A program made the position numbers and the translations under genes. From the NCBI GenBank assembly GCA_043819135.1, contig JBDRFG010000096.1, positions 1-13,963 on the forward strand: a DNA stretch of 13,963 nt. The letters are read 5' to 3'. The notes below the pieces were generated by a model. That model ran no database searches. It saw only the letters and a list, made by a program, of their open reading frames with translations, and had not been told where the DNA came from. This document shows, one piece after another, positions 7,892-13,963 of this stretch; within the stretch, counting starts at the first letter, position 1; the number at the start of each line of letters is the position of its first letter. This stretch comes from Candidatus Eiseniibacteriota bacterium. GTDB taxonomy: Bacteria; Joyebacterota; Joyebacteria; Joyebacterales; Joyebacteraceae.

Positions 7892-8236
7892 ATGCCGAGC
7901 CGCAGAGACACGTGGGGTCGAATAGCCACGTTCGTTGGCGTCACCTACGCCTGGTCGTTCATCTTCATGGGTATGGCCATCAAGTCCCAGGAGATCACGC
8001 TGGTCAGCGCCTTCGGCGGGATGTGGAGCCCGTTCGTCGGGATCCTCGTCCCGCGGCTCATATTCCCCGACGGCAGGCGCAGGGGAAGTCTCGGTGGACT
8101 GGGGTGGGGCTGGGGCAAGACCCGGTGGCAGGTGACGAGCTGGTTCCTGCCCGCGCTCTACGTCGGTCTCGCCCACGGCGCGGTCTGGGCGTTCGGGTTC
8201 GCGGGTTTCACTGACGCCGGTCCGGGCTCTGTCTGA
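7892..8236 (+). pseudogene. N-terminal fragment (114 aa) of a CPBP/CAAX (Abi) intramembrane protease-like protein, apparently truncated
   Basis: GGAGG RBS at 7880-7884. FVGVTYAWSF...MWSP...LGWGWGKTRWQVTSWFLPALY resembles the N-terminal helices of CPBP proteins, but the ORF stops before any EExxxR or His motif, 18 nt from the convergent gene. Confidence 0.6.
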
Positions 8237-8254
8237 GATGCCCCAGCCGGCGGC

Positions 8255-9898
8255 CTATTCGATGACCGTCAGCCTTCCGTCCGGCGCCTCGGGATTCAGG
8301 ACGCCCTCATTCCCCACGATCTCCGCGAGGATGGAGTAGAAGGTCGAGTAGGTGTTCTCGAGGTTCGTGGCGTAGCGCTTGAACCAGAAATACCCGTCGC
8401 CCTCGTGCTTGACAATGAAACTGTTGCTGAGAACGCTGTAGGTCCGGTTGGGATCGAGTTCCTTCCAAGAGCCGTCCGGTTCCTGTGCCGTCGCCTCGAC
8501 GACGCGCTCGCCCGGAACGGACACGGACCAGCTGTCATCCGCGCCCTGCTCGAGTTTCTGCTCCGTCCGCGTGAGGTCCACGGTGTAGCGAAGGCCGGCC
8601 GCGTGGAGGAGTCCGCCTCCTCCGATGCTTGCCGCGCTTCGCTCGAGGATCTCGAGGATGTAGCGTCCCTCAAGATCCATCGAGAACGCGTAGTTGCTGA
8701 ACTCATCGATCTCGTGGAGCATCACGTCCGATACCGGACCGGGCTGGTAGATCTTCTTGCCGCGGAACGCGCCGGCGTTGTTCAGCACGATATCGACGCG
8801 GAACTTGTCGCGCATGCGGTCGTTGACCAGGTTCGCGACCGGCGATTCGCCTTGCCGCAGGGTCTCCTTCGTCATGTCCCACGGCACGTCGGTCGTGCCG
8901 AGGACGATGGCCTCAGGGAACTGCTCCTGGTAGACGGCCAGCCTGGCCTCGATGCCCGCATCCGCCGGCACCGCGTCCGTGACCGGGATGAGCTCCGAGC
9001 GCACGCTCGTGAGGTCAAGCTTCCCGGCAGCGTCTGTCGTGAGGTCGAGCCGCACCACGTAGGGCCCCTTCTCGCCGCCGTTGACGACGAACGTGCCGCC
9101 CATCCTGTAGGCGGTCTTCGCGTACTCGTGCGAGTGCCCGCCGAAGATGATGTCGATGCCCGGGACGGACTTTGCTATCTCCAGGTCGCGCTCGTAGCCG
9201 ACGTGCGTTAGCCCGACCACCAGCTGGGCGCCCGCGTCCCGCAGCTCGCGGACCGCGCGGTGTGCCACTTCGAGATTCGTTCCGGTCATCTCGACGCTCT
9301 TTCCGCTGGTGACGTACGGGAACCCCTCTGTCATGAGTGAAAAGAACCCGACGCTCAAGCCGTCGTAGTCCTTGATGAGCCACGGAACGCAGCGTCCCTC
9401 GAGCGGCGTGCCCTCGACGGCGAGGTCGGTGCAGACGCACTCGAACTCCGTGTGGACGAGCGCGGCGGCGAGCACTTCGGGCCCCTTGTCGAACTCGTGG
9501 TTGCCGAAGGCGTAGAGCTCGTAGCCGGCCTCGGACATCAGTCCGAAGATGGCTTCCCCCTTGAACGTGTGGAAGTAGCGGTTCATGAGATCGTCACCGG
9601 CGGACACGACCACGACAGGCCCCGGGGTCTCGTTCTTGATGTCGCGGATGATGGTCGCGATGCGCGCGATGCCGCCGGCCGAGGCCTCCTCCATCTTGCC
9701 GTCGCCGTCCGAGTCCAGCTCCATGACCGAGGGCTCAAGCATGCCCTGAAGGTCGGCGGTTCCGATGATGGTCAGCGAGTGGGTCTTCGGCGCTACGAGG
9801 GTGTGCGCGTCTGTCCTCGGCGCCTGCGAGCAGGATGAGAGAAGCAGGGGAAGAGTGACTGCCAGAACGAGCACGGCGAGGGCACGCTGGGTCTTCAC
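8255..9898 (-). CDS. Lipoprotein 5'-nucleotidase / bifunctional metallophosphoesterase (UshA/CD73 family; 547 aa)
   Basis: Lipobox LSSC (Cys23); motifs GTADLQG, GGIARIAT, AGDD, GNHEFDKG, LTHVG, GGHSH; C-terminal domain with RQGESPVANLVND and NAGAFRG. AAGGAG RBS before the GTG start. Confidence 0.92.
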   Translation of the reverse strand: MKTQRALAVLVLAVTLPLLLSSCSQAPRTDAHTLVAPKTHSLTIIGTADLQGMLEPSVMELDSDGDGKMEEASAGGIARIATIIRDIKNETPGPVVVVSAGDDLMNRYFHTFKGEAIFGLMSEAGYELYAFGNHEFDKGPEVLAAALVHTEFECVCTDLAVEGTPLEGRCVPWLIKDYDGLSVGFFSLMTEGFPYVTSGKSVEMTGTNLEVAHRAVRELRDAGAQLVVGLTHVGYERDLEIAKSVPGIDIIFGGHSHEYAKTAYRMGGTFVVNGGEKGPYVVRLDLTTDAAGKLDLTSVRSELIPVTDAVPADAGIEARLAVYQEQFPEAIVLGTTDVPWDMTKETLRQGESPVANLVNDRMRDKFRVDIVLNNAGAFRGKKIYQPGPVSDVMLHEIDEFSNYAFSMDLEGRYILEILERSAASIGGGGLLHAAGLRYTVDLTRTEQKLEQGADDSWSVSVPGERVVEATAQEPDGSWKELDPNRTYSVLSNSFIVKHEGDGYFWFKRYATNLENTYSTFYSILAEIVGNEGVLNPEAPDGRLTVIE

Positions 9899-10012
9899 GA
9901 TGGTCTCCTTTCGGACGCACGGCCGGCGCGCATGGAGCGCGGGCTCACCGCACCGCTGGTTCCTTCCAGGTCCGTTTGCAGGGGCCAGTGGCGCTGACCC
10001 CGAATCAGCGGG

Positions 10013-10021
10013 ATTCTACCA
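10013..10021 (-). promoter_or_regulatory. Putative extended -10 promoter element for the 5'-nucleotidase
   Basis: Minus strand reads TGGTAGAAT (TGn + TAGAAT), back-to-back with the + strand promoter at 10037. Confidence 0.5.
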
Positions 10022-10036
10022 CACGCGCTCATCCAC

Positions 10037-10065
10037 TTGACAGGGCTCTCGTCGAGGCGTACATT
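10037..10065 (+). promoter_or_regulatory. Sigma70-type promoter upstream of the HD gene
   Basis: TTGACA(10037-10042)-N17-TACATT(10060-10065). Confidence 0.7.
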
Positions 10066-10235
10066 GTTGTGTACCGCCTGCCCTTACATGGGCAGGCACG
10101 CTTTTCGCAAGTGGAAGCAGGGCTGGCCGGTCGTGGCCGGCCAGGGTGAGGGCAGGAAGGCGCCCGAGTGGCATGAGCAACCGGGAAGCACTACCTGCGC
10201 CTCACCGGCACCAGAGCAGCATTGGAGTGGGAAAC

Positions 10236-10901
10236 ATGGCACAACTGACGTTCAACAAGATAACCAGGAACCACGACCTCCTCGCGATGATCAAGCAGTC
10301 CGACGAGCAGCTCGGCATCATCGGATACACCGAGCACGGCATCCGGCACTCCAAGTGGGTGGGGAGAACGGCCCAGAATGTGCTCAGGGTCTTGGGGAAG
10401 GATAAGAAGGAAGCCGAGCTCGCCGGCATCGCGGGCTTCATGCACGACATCGGCAACCTCGTCAACCGCGAGGACCACGCACAGTCGGGCGCCATCCTCG
10501 CCTACAGGATCCTCAAGGACCTCGACATGCCGCTCGATGAGATCATGTCGGTGATGTCGGCCATCGGCAACCACCACGAGGACCACGCGGACCCGGCGAC
10601 CAACGTCTCGGCGGCGCTCATCCTCGCGGACAAGGCAGACGCCCACAAATCGCGCGTCAGGAACCCCTCGACGGTCAAGTTCGACATCCACGACCGCGTC
10701 AACTACGCGGTCCAGAAGTCACAGCTCCAGGTTATGCCGGAGAAGAACATCATCCGGCTGGACCTGACGATCAACACGAAGATCTCCTCGGTGATGGAGT
10801 ATTTCGAGATATTCCTCTCCAGGATGGTGGTCTCCCGCAGGGCGGCCGACTTCCTGGGCTGCCACTACGAACTCACGGTGAACGGGACCCGGCTGCTCTA
10901 G
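10236..10901 (+). CDS. HD-superfamily metal-dependent phosphohydrolase (COG3294-like; 221 aa)
   Basis: GYTEHGIRH...MHDIGN...DHAQSG...AIGNHHE...LILADKAD...DIHDRVNYAV gives the H...HD...D metal signature. GGAG at 10224-10227 precedes ATG 10236. Confidence 0.88.
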   Translation: MAQLTFNKITRNHDLLAMIKQSDEQLGIIGYTEHGIRHSKWVGRTAQNVLRVLGKDKKEAELAGIAGFMHDIGNLVNREDHAQSGAILAYRILKDLDMPLDEIMSVMSAIGNHHEDHADPATNVSAALILADKADAHKSRVRNPSTVKFDIHDRVNYAVQKSQLQVMPEKNIIRLDLTINTKISSVMEYFEIFLSRMVVSRRAADFLGCHYELTVNGTRLL

Positions 10902-10980
10902 CCGGTTCCCGCGCGACCCCGGCTGATGCACAGCCGGTTCCCAGCAGGCCCCTGCAGACCGGACCACACCCGCATATGGC

Positions 10981-11009
10981 TTGACACGCGACGGACACGT
11001 GGATATACT
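10981..11009 (+). promoter_or_regulatory. Near-consensus sigma70 promoter of the TPR lipoprotein gene
   Basis: TTGACA(10981-10986)-N17-TATACT(11004-11009). Confidence 0.8.
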
Positions 11010-11064
11010 TCGCGGGTTAGCCAATACACGTGGAGAGACGATCTCTCCGAAAAGGGGGAAGAAG

Positions 11065-12066
11065 ATGAATGTAGCGAGGACAGCCGTTGCACTCCTGGCA
11101 CTGGCTGCTTTCGTCCTTCTGGCCGGGTGTGGGGGCGATCCCGCATTCACCAGCGGGAAGGTCTATCTGCAGCAGAAGGACTACGCGAACGCCGTCGTAC
11201 AGCTGAAGGTCGCCATCAAGAACTCCCCGGATGCCTGGGAGCCCTACATGTGGCTCGGCCGCACCTACGCCGAGACCGACGAACTCCAGCTGGCCAGCGA
11301 GCACCTGCGCGCCGCGCTCGATCTCTCCCCGGACGAGAAGGCCGCCGCCGAGTGCCGGAACGCGATCTCCTTCTACACTCAGATGTACCGCAACGAGGGC
11401 AACAGCAAGATGGAGGCGGCCCAGTACGAGATGGCGCTTATCGAGTATGAGAAGGCCCTCGTCATAGACACCGAGAACGCGAACAGCCTCGTCAATCTCG
11501 GTGCGGCCCACCAGAACCTGGGCGACCACGATGCCGCCATCGATTCGTACGAGAGGGCACAGAAGCTGGACCCCGAGAACGAGTCGATCCTCGGGTACCT
11601 GCTGGACGCCTACAGCTACAAGGCCGCGAGCCTCGCGAGCCCGGGCGTTGAGGACTACCCCGGCGCCATCGATTACTACGAGAGAATCGAGAAGGTTGCG
11701 CCTGACTTCCCGGACCTCATGTTCAACCTCGGCAACATGCACTACCTCTCCGAGCACTGGCGCAAGGCGATCGACTACTTCGAGCGTCATCTCGAGGGCG
11801 ACGACGAGGACACCGACGCGCTGTCCAGGGTCTACTACTCGTACTGGAAGCTGGCGGAGCAGATCTGGGACCTTGACGAGGTCCTGGCGACGGAGTACTA
11901 CGAGAAGGTGATCGAGGCCGTCCAGAAGCTCATCGAAACGGACGACACGGTCTCATACCACCGCATGCTCCAGCGGATCTACCTCAAGCTCGACCGTCCG
12001 GAGGAAGCACAGGCGGAACTCGATATGATCAGGGTGTTGCTGGAGACCGGCGACAGCCAGGACTGA
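11065..12066 (+). CDS. Tetratricopeptide-repeat lipoprotein (333 aa)
   Basis: MNVARTAVALLALAAFVLLAGC lipobox (LAGC); repeated TPR units, e.g. SLVNLGAAHQNLGDHDAAIDSYERAQKLDPEN and LMFNLGNMHYLSEHWRKAIDYFERHL. The ORF-track TTG start is the -35 box and is not the likely start. Confidence 0.85.
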   Translation: MNVARTAVALLALAAFVLLAGCGGDPAFTSGKVYLQQKDYANAVVQLKVAIKNSPDAWEPYMWLGRTYAETDELQLASEHLRAALDLSPDEKAAAECRNAISFYTQMYRNEGNSKMEAAQYEMALIEYEKALVIDTENANSLVNLGAAHQNLGDHDAAIDSYERAQKLDPENESILGYLLDAYSYKAASLASPGVEDYPGAIDYYERIEKVAPDFPDLMFNLGNMHYLSEHWRKAIDYFERHLEGDDEDTDALSRVYYSYWKLAEQIWDLDEVLATEYYEKVIEAVQKLIETDDTVSYHRMLQRIYLKLDRPEEAQAELDMIRVLLETGDSQD

Positions 12067-12106
12067 CGCTTCATTCCGGCGCACGAGCCGGATGGCACGG
12101 TTTCAC

Positions 12107-12140
12107 GGGAACATCGGCCCTCCGGGGCCGATGTTCTCTT
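12107..12140 (+). terminator. Strong hairpin, probable intrinsic terminator of the TPR gene
   Basis: GAACATCGGCCC(12109-12120)-TCCG-GGGCCGATGTTC(12125-12136): perfect 12-bp stem with a C(UCCG)G tetraloop, followed only by a weak TCTT tail. Confidence 0.55.
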
Positions 12141-12177
12141 GGAGCCCGGTGGTCTCCCGCGCTGCAGGGCCCACACC

Positions 12178-13161
12178 ATGGATATCCTCACCGACAGGGA
12201 CATATCAGGAACCCCGCTCGACGGCCTCACGGTCGCCGTCATCGGTTACGGCAACCAGGGCGAGGCGCACGCGCTCAATCTGCGTGATTCGGGCGTGGAC
12301 GTCGTGGTGGGCTTGAGGGCAGAGAGCCTGTCGCGCTCGAAGGCCGAGCTGGCCGGGCTCCGCGTGCTCGGCGTGTCAGAGGCGTGCGAGACGGGCGACG
12401 TCATCGCGCTCATGGTCCCCGACGACGTCATGTCCGAGGTCATCGACGAGGCCGTGAGGCCCCACGCCGGCCCTGGCGCCGCGATCCTGTTCGCGCACGG
12501 GTTCCCGCTGCGGTTCGGGGGAGTCGAGCCGCCACCTGGCGTGGACGTGGTCATGGTCGCGCCGATGGGGCCGGGCCTGAGGTTGCGCGAGCGCTACGCG
12601 GAGGGGAGCGGCCTGCCGGGCGCGTACTCGGTCGAGCGCGACGTCACCGGCAACGCGACGCGGGTGGCGCTCGAGTACGCGAAGGCGATCGGCCTGACGC
12701 GTGTCGGGCTCTTCCGGACGACGTGCGCCGAGGAGACCGAGATCGACCTCTTCAGCGAGCAGGCAGTGCTTTGCGGGGGCGTGACCCGGCTGGTGCGGGC
12801 CGGGTTCGAGACGCTGGTCGAGGCGGGATACCCGCCCGAACTCGCCTACATGGAGTGCCTCTACGAGCTGGACCTCACGGTCAACCTGATCGGCCGCTAC
12901 GGGATCGACGGGATGCGGAAGCGCATCAGCCGGACGGCGCTATATGGGGACCTGACCCGGGGCGACGAGGTCATCGGGGATGAGGCGCGTGAGGGGATGA
13001 GACGGATACTATCGGACATACGCGACGGGACCTTCGCCCGGGAGCTCCTGGAGGAGCAGAAGGGCGGGGGAAAGGGCATCGTGCGCCGCATGAAGGAAGA
13101 GGCGGAACGGACCATCGAAGAGGTCGGTAAGGAACTCGCCGACGTCGCGCACGAGGAATAG
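12178..13161 (+). CDS. ilvC: Ketol-acid reductoisomerase, class I (short chain), divergent (327 aa)
   Basis: VAVIGYGNQGEAHALNLRDSG, GLR loop, FAHGF, EETEIDLFSEQAVLCGG, ETLVEAGYPPELAYMECLYE, IRDGTFARE. ATG 12178 gives the standard numbering H107, D190, E194, E226, E230, S251. Confidence 0.9.
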   Translation: MDILTDRDISGTPLDGLTVAVIGYGNQGEAHALNLRDSGVDVVVGLRAESLSRSKAELAGLRVLGVSEACETGDVIALMVPDDVMSEVIDEAVRPHAGPGAAILFAHGFPLRFGGVEPPPGVDVVMVAPMGPGLRLRERYAEGSGLPGAYSVERDVTGNATRVALEYAKAIGLTRVGLFRTTCAEETEIDLFSEQAVLCGGVTRLVRAGFETLVEAGYPPELAYMECLYELDLTVNLIGRYGIDGMRKRISRTALYGDLTRGDEVIGDEAREGMRRILSDIRDGTFARELLEEQKGGGKGIVRRMKEEAERTIEEVGKELADVAHEE

Positions 13162-13243
13162 CAGGTCGCGCGTCCCGGCGTCCCACGGGCCCCGCCGCCG
13201 GCCGGACCGCCCGGACTCCCGCAAGCCCCCTCGCTGAAACATC

Positions 13244-13272
13244 TTGACAGGCTGGACCAGCTGGATTAAGCT
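13244..13272 (+). promoter_or_regulatory. Sigma70-type promoter of rho
   Basis: TTGACA(13244-13249)-N17-TAAGCT(13267-13272). Confidence 0.7.
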
Positions 13273-13322
13273 TTGCAGTGTCCGGGGGAACAGCGGACAC
13301 TGCTTCCAGTAGCTGCCCATCC

Positions 13323-13354
13323 GAAGCACACCGTCCCAATCCAGAAGCACACCG
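13323..13354 (+). repeat. Direct repeat GAAGCACACCG x2 in the rho leader
   Basis: Exact 11-mers at 13323-13333 and 13344-13354 (21-nt period), each preceded by CCCA(A)TCC. Confidence 0.75.
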
Positions 13355-13468
13355 AGGACTCCAAGTGTAACTTCGCTCCAGGGACAATACATGACATGCA
13401 CGCGGCCGGCGGCCGGGTTCGCCTGCCGGTATCACCTCACAGCACCACCTACCTAAGGTAAGGGAGTA

Positions 13469-13963
13469 ATGGCAGAAAAGAACGGCAAGACCGCGTCGAG
13501 AACGACCGGCACCAGGAAGACGACATCCAGGACGCCTTCCGGAAACTCCAGGACGGCGGCCTCCAGGGCCGACGAGTCGAAGACCGCGCGCGCGCGGACG
13601 ACGCGTTCCGCTGCGGCCGCTTCGAGTCCGTCTCCGCAGACGACCACCGCTGCTACGAACGGCGAGAACGGCGCCACCGAATCCGAACCGAAGATGCGGA
13701 CGCCGAACAAGGCCATGAGCACCAGCAGCGAGAATCTGGACATCGCCGAGCTCAAGACCAAGACCATCAAGGACCTTGTCGCCTACGGTGAGTCGCTCAA
13801 GATCGAGGGAGTGAGCGGGCTCCGGAAGCAGGAGCTCATCTTCAGGATCCTCGAGGGGCAGACCCAGCGGAACGGCCTCATCTTCAGCGAGGGCGTCCTC
13901 GAGATCCTGCCGGACGGCTACGGGTTCCTCAGGTCACCGGCCTACAACTATCTGCCGGGGCCG
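13469..13963 (+). CDS. rho: Transcription termination factor Rho, 5' part (runs off the window; absent from the ORF track)
   Basis: TAAGGGAG RBS then ATG 13469. The frame is open to the window end and reads ...LDIAELKTKTIKDLVAYGESLKIEGVSGLRKQELIFRILEGQTQRNGLIFSEGVLEILPDGYGFLRSPAYNYLPGP, the Rho N-terminal helical bundle and the start of the RNA-binding OB fold. Confidence 0.97.
   Translation, partial: MAEKNGKTASRTTGTRKTTSRTPSGNSRTAASRADESKTARARTTRSAAAASSPSPQTTTAATNGENGATESEPKMRTPNKAMSTSSENLDIAELKTKTIKDLVAYGESLKIEGVSGLRKQELIFRILEGQTQRNGLIFSEGVLEILPDGYGFLRSPAYNYLPGP

Noticed and set aside
8234..8236. Selenocysteine or readthrough at the TGA ending the CPBP fragment
   Set aside because: The continuation is just the antisense of the nucleotidase gene and shows no CPBP motifs.
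9953..10010. Hairpins in the nucleotidase leader (CGCTGA/TCAGCG at 9992-10010; imperfect stem at 9953-9991)
   Set aside because: The first is short. The second depends on G-U pairs available only on the non-coding strand. No riboswitch consensus recognised.
10071..10235. Assignment of the leader to SRP RNA, 6S RNA, tRNA, or cobalamin/ykkC riboswitches
   Set aside because: Only short fragments resemble these (CAGG...GAAGCAG, GGGAAG). The spacing and core consensus elements are missing and the ends do not pair as in 6S RNA.
13323..13354. CRISPR-like interpretation of the short direct repeats here or at 10995-11034
   Set aside because: Only two copies of 9-11 nt, spacers too short, and no cas genes in the window.
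630..13770. Numerous long overlapping or antisense ORFs in the track (e.g. 2000-3013 -, 3144-4229 +, 6526-7791 -, 6564-7925 +, 8405-9211 +, 11017-11790 -, 13453-13770 -)
   Set aside because: Mostly Arg/Pro/Gly/Ala-rich shadow frames expected in GC-rich coding DNA; they overlap well-supported genes and have no recognisable motifs.
1..13963. Mobile element or prophage explaining the accessory block after priA
   Set aside because: No integrase, transposase, terminal repeats, tRNA attachment site or obvious compositional shift is visible.

Overview
GC-rich bacterial chromosomal segment with no mobile element, CRISPR array or recognisable stable-RNA gene. It opens with the 3' end of priA and closes with the 5' end of rho. 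Between them lie, in order: (i) an ArsR-like HTH regulator divergent from a secreted TPR + double-retropepsin aspartyl protease, with an AT-rich palindromic operator-like spacer; (ii) a tightly spaced + strand cluster of a DUF418/YeiB membrane protein, a CapK/PaaK-like adenylate-forming ligase, a UPF0316 membrane protein, a reductive-dehalogenase-family protein and a truncated CPBP protease; (iii) a lipoprotein 5'-nucleotidase divergent from an HD phosphohydrolase with a long hairpin-rich leader; (iv) a TPR lipoprotein, an isolated and divergent ilvC, and rho with a long C-rich leader and an ~89-aa low-complexity N-terminal extension. The most unusual item is the reductive dehalogenase homologue, which has no Tat signal and carries three predicted C-terminal transmembrane helices, like a fused RdhB-type anchor. 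Next are the ilvC lacking the conserved active-site Lys130 and the apparent His/Gln metal-ligand swap in the nucleotidase. All family calls are from motif recognition by eye; no database search was run.
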